Of a stretch of DNA of 64,000 nucleotides, positions 12,790-26,000 are shown piece after piece (the first letter of the stretch is position 1; each line of letters begins with the position of its first letter). Under the pieces are notes generated by a model. That model searched no databases. It was not told the origin of the DNA and saw only the letters and a list, made by a program, of their open reading frames with translations. Origin of the DNA: Auanema rhodensis (lineage: Eukaryota; Animalia; Nematoda). The stretch is from contig OZ059894.1 in assembly GCA_964057225.1 (NCBI GenBank), positions 23,498,001 through 23,562,000 of the forward strand, in the 5' to 3' direction. Made by a program: the position numbers and the translations under genes.

Positions 12790-15700
12790 TTTAATTTATG
12801 CTAATTAAATGTACACGTGATGTGCACTTGGTATGTAACTCGCTTCACGTGAAAGATAAAGAGATGCGGTTTTCAAAATTAGATTCCCCATGTCCATATT
12901 AGTCTAAAAACAAATTTTTATTGATATTGGTGCATGGTAACCATGACTTTGAAATTTACGTGAACTTTAATTTATGCTAATTAAATGTACACGTGATGTG
13001 CACTTGGTATGTAACTCGCTTCACGTGAAAGATAAAGAGATGCGGTTTTCAAAATTAGATTCCCCATGTCCATATTAGTCTAAAAACAAATTTTTATTGA
13101 TATTAGTGCATGGTAACCATGACTTTGAAATTTACGTGAACTTTAATTTATGCTAATTAAATGTACACGTGATGTGCACTTGGTATGTAACTCGCTTCAC
13201 GTGAAAGATAAAGAGATGCGGTTTTCAAAATTAGATTCCCCATGTCCATATTAGTCTAAAAACAAATTTTTATTGATATTGGTGGATGGTAACCATGACT
13301 TTGAAATTTACGTGAACTTTAATTTATGCTAATTAAATGTACACGTGATGTGCACTTGGTATGTAACTCGCTTCACGTGAAAGATAAAGAGATGCGGTTT
13401 TCAAAATTAGATTCCCCATGTCCATATTAGTCTAAAAACAAATTTTTATTGATATTGGTGCATGGTAACCATGACTTTGAAATTTACGTGAACTTTAATT
13501 TATGCTAATTAAATGTACACGTGATGTGCACTTGGTATGTAACTCGCTTCACGTGAAAGATAAAGAGATGCGGTTTTCAAAATTAGATTCCCCATGTCCA
13601 TATTAGTCTAAAAACAAATTTTTATTGATATTGGTGCATGGTAACCATGACTTTGAAATTTACGTGAACTTTAATTTATGCTAATTAAATGTACACGTGA
13701 TGTGCACTTGGTATGTAACTCGCTTCACGTGAAAGATAAAGAGATGAGGTTTTCAAAATTAGATTCCCCATGTCCATATTAGTCTAAAAACAAATTTTTA
13801 TTGATATTGGTGCATGGTAACCATGACTTTGAAATTTACGTGAACTTTAATTTATGCTAATTAAATGTACACGTGATGTGCACTTGGTATGTAACTCGCT
13901 TCACGTGAAAGATAAAGAGATGCGGTTTTCAAAATTAGATTCCCCATGTCCATATTAGTCTAAAAACAAATTTTTATTGATATTGGTGCATGGTAACCAT
14001 GACTTTGAAATTTACGTGAACTTTAATTTATGCTAATTAAATGTACACGTGATGTGCACTTGGTATGTAACTCGCTTCACGTAAAAGATAAAGAGATGCG
14101 GTTTTCAAAATTAGATTCCCCATGTCCATATTAGTCTAAAAACAAATTTTTATTAATATTAATTCATGGTAACCATGATTTTGAAATTTACGTGAACTTT
14201 AATTTATGCTAATTAAATGTACACGTGATGTGCACTTGGTATGTAACTCGCTTCACGTAAAAGATAAAGAGATGCGGTTTTCAAAATTAGATTCCCCATG
14301 TCCATATTAGTCTAAAAACAAATTTTTATTGATATTGGTTCATGGTAACCATGACTTTGAAATTTACGTGAACTTTAATTTATGCTAATTAAATGTACAC
14401 GTGATGTGCACTTGGTATGTAACTCGCTTCACGTGAAAGATAAAGAGATGCGGTTTTCAAAATTAGAATCCCCATGTCCATATTAGTCTAAAAACAAATT
14501 TTTATTGATATTAATTCATGGTAACCATGATTTTGAAATTTACGTGAACTTTAATTTATGCTAATTAAATGTACACGTGATGTGCACTTGGTATGTAACT
14601 CGCTTCACGTGAAAGATAAAGAGATGCGGTTTTCAAAATTAGATTTCTCATGTCCATATTAGTCTAAAAACAAATTTTTATTGATATTGGTGCATGGTAA
14701 CCATGACTTTGAAATTTACGTGAACTTTAATTTATGCTAATTAAATGTACACGTGCACTTGGTATGTAACTCGCTTCACGTGAAAGATAAAGAGATGCGG
14801 TTTTCAAAATTAGAATCCCCATGTCCATATTAGTCTAAAAACAAATTTTTATTGATATTGGTGCATGGTAACCATGACTTTGAAATTTACGTGAACTTTA
14901 ATTTATGCTAATTAAATGTACACGTGATGTGCACTTGGTATGTAACTCGCTTCACGTGAAAGATAAAGAGATGCGGTTTTCAAAATTAGATTCCCCATGT
15001 CCATATTAGTCTAAAAACAAATTTTTATTGATATTGGTGCATGGTAACCATGACTTTGAAATTTACGTGAACTTTAATTTATGCTAATTAAATGTACACG
15101 TGATGTGCACTTGGTATGTAACTCGCTTCACGTGAAAGATAAAGAGATGCGGTTTTCAAAATTAGATTTCTCATGTCCATATTAGTCTAAAAACAAATTT
15201 TTATTGATATTGGTGCATGGTAACCATGACTTTGAAATTTACGTGAACTTTAATTTATGCTAATTAAATGTACACGTGATGTGCACTTGGTATGTAACTC
15301 GCTTCACGTGAAAGATAAAGAGATGCGGTTTTCAAAATTAGATTCCCCATGTCCATATTAGTCTAAAAACAAATTTTTATTGATATTGGTGCATGGTAAC
15401 CATGACTTTGAAATTTACGTGAACTTTAATTTATGCTAATTAAATGTACACGTGATGTGCACTTGGTATGTAACTCGCTTCACGTGAAAGATAAAGAGAT
15501 GCGGTTTTCAAAATTAGATTCCCCATGTCCATATTAGTCGAAAAACAAATTTTTATTGATATTGGTTCATGGTAACCATGACTTTGAAATTTACGTGAAC
15601 TTTAATTTATGCTAATTAAATGTGCACGTGATGTGCACTTGGTATGTAACTCGCTTCACGTGAAAGATAAAAAGATGCGGTTTTCAGAATTAGATTCCCC

Positions 15701-18700
15701 ATGTCCATATTAGTCTAAAAACAAATTTTTATTGATATTGGTTCATGGTAACCATGACTTTGAAATTTACGTGAACTTTAATTTATGCTAATTAAATGTA
15801 CACGTGATGTGCACTTGGTATGTAACTCGCTTCACGTGAAAGATAAAGAGATGCGGTTTTCAAAATTAGAATCCCCATGTCCATATTAGTCTAAAAACAA
15901 ATTTTTATTGATATTAATTCATGGTAACCATGATTTTGAAATTTACGTGAACTTTAATTTATGCTAATTAAATGTACACGTGATGTGCACTTGGTATGTA
16001 ACTCGCTTCATTCAAAATTAGATTCCCCATGTCCATATTAGTCTAAAAACAAATTTTTATTGATATTGGTTCATGGTAACCATGTCTTTGAAATTTACGT
16101 GAACTTTAATTTATGCTAATTAAATGTACACGTGATGTGCACTTGGTATGTAACTCGCTTCACGTGAAAGATGAAGAGATGCGGTTTTCAAAATTAGATT
16201 CCCCATATCCATATTAGTCTAAAAACAAATTTTTATTGATATTGGTTCATGGTAACCATGACTTTGAAATTTACGTGAACTTTAATTTATGCTAATTAAA
16301 TGTACACGTGATGTGCACTTGGTATGTAACTCGCTTCACGTGAAAGATAAAGAGATGCGGTTTTCAAAATTAGATTCCCCATGTCCATATTAGTCTAAAA
16401 ACAAATTTTTATTGATATTGGTTCATGGTAACCATGACTTTGAAATTTACGTGAACTTTAATTTATGCTAATTAAATGTACACGTGATGTGCACTTGGTA
16501 TGTAACTCGCTTCACGTGAAAGATAAAGAGATGCGGTTTTCAAAATTAGATTCCCCATGTCCATATTAGTTTAAAAACAAATTTTTATTGATATTGGTGC
16601 ATGGTAACCATGACTTTGAAATTTACGTGAACTTTAATTTATGCTAATTAAATGTACACGTGATGTGCACTTGGTAAGTAACTCGCTTCACGTGAAAGAT
16701 AAAAAGATGCGGTTTTCAAAATTAGATTCCACATGTCCATATTAGTCTAAAAACAAATTTTTATTGATATTGGTTCATGGTAACCATGTCTTTGAAATTT
16801 ACGTGAACTTTAATTTATGCTAATTAAATGTACACGTGATGTGCACTTGGTATGTAACTCGCTTCACGTGAAAGATAAAGAGATGCGGTTTTCAAAATTA
16901 GATTCCCCATGTTCATATTAGTCTAAAAACAAATTTTTATTGATATTGGTTTATGGTAACCATGACTTTGAAACTTACGTGAACTTTAATTTATGCTAAT
17001 TAAATGTACACGTGATGTGCACTTGGTATGTAACTCGCTTCACGTGAAAGATAAAGAGATGCGGTTTTCAAAATTAGATTCCCCATGTCCATATTAGTCT
17101 AAAAACAAATTTTTATTAATATTGGTTCATGGTAACCATGTCTTTGAAATTTACGTGAACTTTAATTTATGCTAATTAAATGTACACGTGATGTGCACTT
17201 GGTATGTAACTCGCTTCACGTGAAAGATAAAGAGATGCGGTTTTCAAAATTAGATTCCCCATGTCCATATTAGTCTAAAAACAAATTTTTATTGATATTG
17301 GTGCATGGTAACCATGACTTTGAAATTTACGTGAACTTTAATTTATGCTAATTAAATGTACACGTGATGTGCACTTGGTATGTAACTCGCTTCACGTGAA
17401 AGATAAAGAGATGCGGTTTTCAAAATTAGATTCCCCATGTCCATATTAGTCTAAAAACAAATTTTTATTGATATTAGTGCATGGTAACCATGACTTTGAA
17501 ATTTACGTGAACTTTAATTTATGCTAATTAAATGTACACGTGATGTGCACTTGGTATGTAACTCGCTTCACGTGAAAGATAAAGAGATGCGGTTTTCAAA
17601 ATTAGATTCCCCATGTCCATATTAGTCTAAAAACAAATTTTTATTGATATTGGTGGATGGTAACCATGACTTTGAAATTTACGTGAACTTTAATTAATGC
17701 TAATTAAATGTACACGTGATGTGCACTTGGTATGTAACTCGCTTCACGTGAAAGATAAAGAGATGCGGTTTTCAAAATTAGATTCCCCATGTCCATATTA
17801 GTCTAAAAACAAATTTTTATTGATATTGGTGCATGGTAACCATGACTTTGAAATTTACGTGAACTTTAATTTATGCTAATTAAATGTACACGTGATGTGC
17901 ACTTGGTATGTAACTCGCTTCACGTGAAAGATAAAGAGATGCGGTTTTCAAAATTAGATTCCCCATGTCCATATTAGTCTAAAAACAAATTTTTATTGAT
18001 ATTGGTGCATGGTAACCATGACTTTGAAATTTACGTGAACTTTAATTTATGCTAATTAAATGTACACGTGATGTGCACTTGGTATGTAACTCGCTTCACG
18101 TGAAAGATAAAGAGATGAGGTTTTCAAAATTAGATTCCCCATGTCCATATTAGTCTAAAAACAAATTTTTATTGATATTGGTGCATGGTAACCATGACTT
18201 TGAAATTTACGTGAACTTTAATTTATGCTAATTAAATGTACACGTGATGTGCACTTGGTAAGTAACTCGCTTCACGTGAAAGATAAAAAGATGCGGTTTT
18301 CAAAATTAGATTCCACATGTCCATATTAGTCTAAAAACAAATTTTTATTGATATTGGTTCATGGTAACCATGTCTTTGAAATTTACGTGAACTTTAATTT
18401 ATGCTAATTAAATGTACACGTGATGTGCACTTGGTATGTAACTCGCTTCACGTGAAAGATAAAGAGATGCGGTTTTCAAAATTAGATTCCCCATGTTCAT
18501 ATTAGTCTAAAAACAAATTTTTATTGATATTGGTTTATGGTAACCATGACTTTGAAACTTACGTGAACTTTAATTTATGCTAATTAAATGTACACGTGAT
18601 GTGCACTTGGTATGTAACTCGCTTCACGTGAAAGATAAAGAGATGCGGTTTTCAAAATTAGATTCCCCATGTCCATATTAGTCTAAAAACAAATTTTTAT

Positions 18701-21700
18701 TAATATTGGTTCATGGTAACCATGTCTTTGAAATTTACGTGAACTTTAATTTATGCTAATTAAATGTACACGTGATGTGCACTTGGTATGTAACTCGCTT
18801 CACGTGAAAGATAAAGAGATGCGGTTTTCAAAATTAGATTCCCCATGTCCATATTAGTCTAAAAACAAATTTTTATTGATATTGGTGCATGGTAACCATG
18901 ACTTTGAAATTTACGTGAACTTTAATTTATGCTAATTAAATGTACACGTGATGTGCACTTGGTATGTAACTCGCTTCACGTGAAAGATAAAGAGATGCGG
19001 TTTTCAAAATTAGATTCCCCATGTCCATATTAGTCTAAAAACAAATTTTTATTGATATTAGTGCATGGTAACCATGACTTTGAAATTTACGTGAACTTTA
19101 ATTTATGCTAATTAAATGTACACGTGATGTGCACTTGGTATGTAACTCGCTTCACGTGAAAGATAAAGAGATGCGGTTTTCAAAATTAGATTCCCCATGT
19201 CCATATTAGTCTAAAAACAAATTTTTATTGATATTGGTGGATGGTAACCATGACTTTGAAATTTACGTGAACTTTAATTTATGCTAATTAAATGTACACG
19301 TGATGTGCACTTGGTATGTAACTCGCTTCACGTGAAAGATAAAGAGATGCGGTTTTCAAAATTAGATTCCCCATGTCCATATTAGTCTAAAAACAAATTT
19401 TTATTGATATTGGTGCATGGTAACCATGACTTTGAAATTTACGTGAACTTTAATTTATGCTAATTAAATGTACACGTGATGTGCACTTGGTATGTAACTC
19501 GCTTCACGTGAAAGATAAAGAGATGCGGTTTTCAAAATTAGATTCCCCATGTCCATATTAGTCTAAAAACAAATTTTTATTGATATTGGTGCATGGTAAC
19601 CATGACTTTGAAATTTACGTGAACTTTAATTTATGCTAATTAAATGTACACGTGATGTGCACTTGGTATGTAACTCGCTTCACGTGAAAGATAAAGAGAT
19701 GAGGTTTTCAAAATTAGATTCCCCATGTCCATATTAGTCTAAAAACAAATTTTTATTGATATTGGTGCATGGTAACCATGACTTTGAAATTTACGTGAAC
19801 TTTAATTTATGCTAATTAAATGTACACGTGATGTGCACTTGGTATGTAACTCGCTTCACGTGAAAGATAAAGAGATGCGGTTTTCAAAATTAGATTCCCC
19901 ATGTCCATATTAGTCTAAAAACAAATTTTTATTGATATTGGTGCATGGTAACCATGACTTTGAAATTTACGTGAACTTTAATTTATGCTAATTAAATGTA
20001 CACGTGATGTGCACTTGGTATGTAACTCGCTTCACGTAAAAGATAAAGAGATGCGGTTTTCAAAATTAGATTCCCCATGTCCATATTAGTCTAAAAACAA
20101 ATTTTTATTAATATTAATTCATGGTAACCATGATTTTGAAATTTACGTGAACTTTAATTTATGCTAATTAAATGTACACGTGATGTGCACTTGGTATGTA
20201 ACTCGCTTCACGTAAAAGATAAAGAGATGCGGTTTTCAAAATTAGATTCCCCATGTCCATATTAGTCTAAAAACAAATTTTTATTGATATTGGTTCATGG
20301 TAACCATGACTTTGAAATTTACGTGAACTTTAATTTATGCTAATTAAATGTACACGTGATGTGCACTTGGTATGTAACTCGCTTCACGTGAAAGATAAAG
20401 AGATGCGGTTTTCAAAATTAGAATCCCCATGTCCATATTAGTCTAAAAACAAATTTTTATTGATATTAATTCATGGTAACCATGATTTTGAAATTTACGT
20501 GAACTTTAATTTATGCTAATTAAATGTACACGTGATGTGCACTTGGTATGTAACTCGCTTCACGTGAAAGATAAAGAGATGCGGTTTTCAAAATTAGATT
20601 TCTCATGTCCATATTAGTCTAAAAACAAATTTTTATTGATATTGGTGCATGGTAACCATGACTTTGAAATTTACGTGAACTTTAATTTATGCTAATTAAA
20701 TGTACACGTGCACTTGGTATGTAACTCGCTTCACGTGAAAGATAAAGAGATGCGGTTTTCAAAATTAGAATCCCCATGTCCATATTAGTCTAAAAACAAA
20801 TTTTTATTGATATTGGTGCATGGTAACCATGACTTTGAAATTTACGTGAACTTTAATTTATGCTAATTAAATGTACACGTGATGTGCACTTGGTATGTAA
20901 CTCGCTTCACGTGAAAGATAAAGAGATGCGGTTTTCAAAATTAGATTCCCCATGTCCATATTAGTCTAAAAACAAATTTTTATTGATATTGGTGCATGGT
21001 AACCATGACTTTGAAATTTACGTGAACTTTAATTTATGCTAATTAAATGTACACGTGATGTGCACTTGGTATGTAACTCGCTTCACGTGAAAGATAAAGA
21101 GATGCGGTTTTCAAAATTAGATTTCTCATGTCCATATTAGTCTAAAAACAAATTTTTATTGATATTGGTGCATGGTAACCATGACTTTGAAATTTACGTG
21201 AACTTTAATTTATGCTAATTAAATGTACACGTGATGTGCACTTGGTATGTAACTCGCTTCACGTGAAAGATAAAGAGATGCGGTTTTCAAAATTAGATTC
21301 CCCATGTCCATATTAGTCTAAAAACAAATTTTTATTGATATTGGTGCATGGTAACCATGACTTTGAAATTTACGTGAACTTTAATTTATGCTAATTAAAT
21401 GTACACGTGATGTGCACTTGGTATGTAACTCGCTTCACGTGAAAGATAAAGAGATGCGGTTTTCAAAATTAGATTCCCCATGTCCATATTAGTCGAAAAA
21501 CAAATTTTTATTGATATTGGTTCATGGTAACCATGACTTTGAAATTTACGTGAACTTTAATTTATGCTAATTAAATGTGCACGTGATGTGCACTTGGTAT
21601 GTAACTCGCTTCACGTGAAAGATAAAAAGATGCGGTTTTCAGAATTAGATTCCCCATGTCCATATTAGTCTAAAAACAAATTTTTATTGATATTGGTTCA

Positions 21701-23065
21701 TGGTAACCATGACTTTGAAATTTACGTGAACTTTAATTTATGCTAATTAAATGTACACGTGATGTGCACTTGGTATGTAACTCGCTTCACGTGAAAGATA
21801 AAGAGATGCGGTTTTCAAAATTAGAATCCCCATGTCCATATTAGTCTAAAAACAAATTTTTATTGATATTAATTCATGGTAACCATGATTTTGAAATTTA
21901 CGTGAACTTTAATTTATGCTAATTAAATGTACACGTGATGTGCACTTGGTATGTAACTCGCTTCATTCAAAATTAGATTCCCCATGTCCATATTAGTCTA
22001 AAAACAAATTTTTATTGATATTGGTTCATGGTAACCATGTCTTTGAAATTTACGTGAACTTTAATTTATGCTAATTAAATGTACACGTGATGTGCACTTG
22101 GTATGTAACTCGCTTCACGTGAAAGATGAAGAGATGCGGTTTTCAAAATTAGATTCCCCATATCCATATTAGTCTAAAAACAAATTTTTATTGATATTGG
22201 TTCATGGTAACCATGACTTTGAAATTTACGTGAACTTTAATTTATGCTAATTAAATGTACACGTGATGTGCACTTGGTATGTAACTCGCTTCACGTGAAA
22301 GATAAAGAGATGCGGTTTTCAAAATTAGATTCCCCATGTCCATATTAGTCTAAAAACAAATTTTTATTGATATTGGTTCATGGTAACCATGACTTTGAAA
22401 TTTACGTGAACTTTAATTTATGCTAATTAAATGTACACGTGATGTGCACTTGGTATGTAACTCGCTTCACGTGAAAGATAAAGAGATGCGGTTTTCAAAA
22501 TTAGATTCCCCATGTCCATATTAGTTTAAAAACAAATTTTTATTGATATTGGTGCATGGTAACCATGACTTTGAAATTTACGTGAACTTTAATTTATGCT
22601 AATTAAATGTACACGTGATGTGCACTTGGTAAGTAACTCGCTTCACGTGAAAGATAAAAAGATGCGGTTTTCAAAATTAGATTCCACATGTCCATATTAG
22701 TCTAAAAACAAATTTTTATTGATATTGGTTCATGGTAACCATGTCTTTGAAATTTACGTGAACTTTAATTTATGCTAATTAAATGTACACGTGATGTGCA
22801 CTTGGTATGTAACTCGCTTCACGTGAAAGATAAAGAGATGCGGTTTTCAAAATTAGATTCCCCATGTTCATATTAGTCTAAAAACAAATTTTTATTGATA
22901 TTGGTTTATGGTAACCATGACTTTGAAACTTACGTGAACTTTAATTTATGCTAATTAAATGTACACGTGATGTGCACTTGGTATGTAACTCGCTTCACGT
23001 GAAAGATAAAGAGATGCGGTTTTCAAAATTAGATTCCCCATGTCCATATTAGTCTAAAAACAAAT
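12790..23065. repeat. 25-monomer (4371 bp) tandem duplication with a nested 9-monomer (1584 bp) duplication; net offset 5955 bp
   Basis: TATTAGTGC occurs at 13105, 17476 and 19060. The 5-bp deletion is at 14755 and 20710. The 24-bp deletion is at 16010 and 21965. GGTAAGTA occurs at 16677, 18261 and 22632. Confidence 0.88.
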
Positions 23066-26000
23066 TTTTATTGATATTGGTGCATGGTAACCATGACTTT
23101 GAAATTTACGTGAACTTTAATTTATGCTAATTAAATGTACACGTGATGTGCACTTGGTATGTAACTCGCTTCACGTGAAAGATAAAGAGATGCGGTTTTC
23201 AAAATTAGATTTCTCATGTCCATATTAGTCTAAAAACAAATTTTTATTGATATTGGTGCATGGTAACCATGACTTTGAAATTTACGTGAACTTTAATTTA
23301 TGCTAATTAAATGTACACGTGATGTGCACTTGGTATGTAACTCGCTTCACGTGAAAGATAAAGAGATGCGGTTTTCAAAATTAGATTCCCCATGTCCATA
23401 TTAGTCTAAAAACAAATTTTTATTGATATTGGTGCATGGTAACCATGACTTTGAAATTTACGTGAACTTTAATTTATGCTAATTAAATGTACACGTGATG
23501 TGCACTTGGTATGTAACTCGCTTCACGTGAAAGATAAAGAGATGCGGTTTTCAAAATTAGATTCCCCATGTCCATATTAGTCGAAAAACAAATTTTTATT
23601 GATATTGGTTCATGGTAACCATGACTTTGAAATTTACGTGAACTTTAATTTATGCTAATTAAATGTGCACGTGATGTGCACTTGGTATGTAACTCGCTTC
23701 ACGTGAAAGATAAAAAGATGCGGTTTTCAGAATTAGATTCCCCATGTCCATATTAGTCTAAAAACAAATTTTTATTGATATTGGTTCATGGTAACCATGA
23801 CTTTGAAATTTACGTGAACTTTAATTTATGCTAATTAAATGTACACGTGATGTGCACTTGGTATGTAACTCGCTTCACGTGAAAGATAAAGAGATGCGGT
23901 TTTCAAAATTAGAATCCCCATGTCCATATTAGTCTAAAAACAAATTTTTATTGATATTAATTCATGGTAACCATGATTTTGAAATTTACGTGAACTTTAA
24001 TTTATGCTAATTAAATGTACACGTGATGTGCACTTGGTATGTAACTCGCTTCATTCAAAATTAGATTCCCCATGTCCATATTAGTCTAAAAACAAATTTT
24101 TATTGATATTGGTTCATGGTAACCATGTCTTTGAAATTTACGTGAACTTTAATTTATGCTAATTAAATGTACACGTGATGTGCACTTGGTATGTAACTCG
24201 CTTCACGTGAAAGATGAAGAGATGCGGTTTTCAAAATTAGATTCCCCATATCCATATTAGTCTAAAAACAAATTTTTATTGATATTGGTTCATGGTAACC
24301 ATGACTTTGAAATTTACGTGAACTTTAATTTATGCTAATTAAATGTACACGTGATGTGCACTTGGTATGTAACTCGCTTCACGTGAAAGATAAAGAGATG
24401 CGGTTTTCAAAATTAGATTCCCCATGTCCATATTAGTCTAAAAACAAATTTTTATTGATATTGGTTCATGGTAACCATGACTTTGAAATTTACGTGAACT
24501 TTAATTTATGCTAATTAAATGTACACGTGATGTGCACTTGGTATGTAACTCGCTTCACGTGAAAGATAAAGAGATGCGGTTTTCAAAATTAGATTCCCCA
24601 TGTCCATATTAGTCGAAAAACAAATTTTTATTGATATTGGTTCATGGTAACCATGACTTTGAAATTTACGTGAACTTTAATTTATGCTAATTAAATGTGC
24701 ACGTGATGTGCACTTGGTATGTAACTCGCTTCACGTGAAAGATAAAAAGATGCGGTTTTCAGAATTAGATTCCCCATGTCCATATTAGTCTAAAAACAAA
24801 TTTTTATTGATATTGGTTCATGGTAACCATGACTTTGAAATTTACGTGAACTTTAATTTATGCTAATTAAATGTACACGTGATGTGCACTTGGTATGTAA
24901 CTCGCTTCACGTGAAAGATAAAGAGATGCGGTTTTCAAAATTAGAATCCCCATGTCCATATTAGTCTAAAAACAAATTTTTATTGATATTAATTCATGGT
25001 AACCATGATTTTGAAATTTACGTGAACTTTAATTTATGCTAATTAAATGTACACGTGATGTGCACTTGGTATGTAACTCGCTTCATTCAAAATTAGATTC
25101 CCCATGTCCATATTAGTCTAAAAACAAATTTTTATTGATATTGGTTCATGGTAACCATGTCTTTGAAATTTACGTGAACTTTAATTTATGCTAATTAAAT
25201 GTACACGTGGTGTGCACTTGGTATGTAACTCGCTTCACGTGAAAGATGAAGAGATGCGGTTTTCAAAATTAGATTCCCCATATCCATATTAGTCTAAAAA
25301 CAAATTTTTATTGATATTGGTTCATGGTAACCATGACTTTGAAATTTACGTGAACTTTAATTTATGCTAATTAAATGTACACGTGATGTGCACTTGGTAT
25401 GTAACTCGCTTCACGTGAAAGATAAAGAGATGCGGTTTTCAAAATTAGATTCCCCATGTCCATATTAGTCTAAAAACAAATTTTTATTGATATTGGTTCA
25501 TGGTAACCATGACTTTGAAATTTACGTGAACTTTAATTTATGCTAATTAAATGTACACGTGATGTGCACTTGGTATGTAACTCGCTTCACGTGAAAGATA
25601 AAGAGATGCGGTTTTCAAAATTAGATTCCCCATGTCCATATTAGTTTAAAAACAAATTTTTATTGATATTGGTGCATGGTAACCATGACTTTGAAATTTA
25701 CGTGAACTTTAATTTATGCTAATTAAATGTACACGTGATGTGCACTTGGTAAGTAACTCGCTTCACGTGAAAGATAAAAAGATGCGGTTTTCAAAATTAG
25801 ATTCCACATGTCCATATTAGTCTAAAAACAAATTTTTATTGATATTGGTTCATGGTAACCATGTCTTTGAAATTTACGTGAACTTTAATTTATGCTAATT
25901 AAATGTACACGTGATGTGCACTTGGTATGTAACTCGCTTCACGTGAAAGATAAAGAGATGCGGTTTTCAAAATTAGATTCCCCATGTTCATATTAGTCTA

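Larger units (their letters stand above)
1..15500. repeat. Left subfamily domain: GGTGCAT allele predominant at monomer position 85
   Basis: Most monomers read TTGGTGCATGG. GAATCCCC, GATTTCTCAT and CATGATTTT variants are common. TATCAGT and ACCACGAC variants are seen only below about 7.7 kb. The boundary is approximate. Confidence 0.8.
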
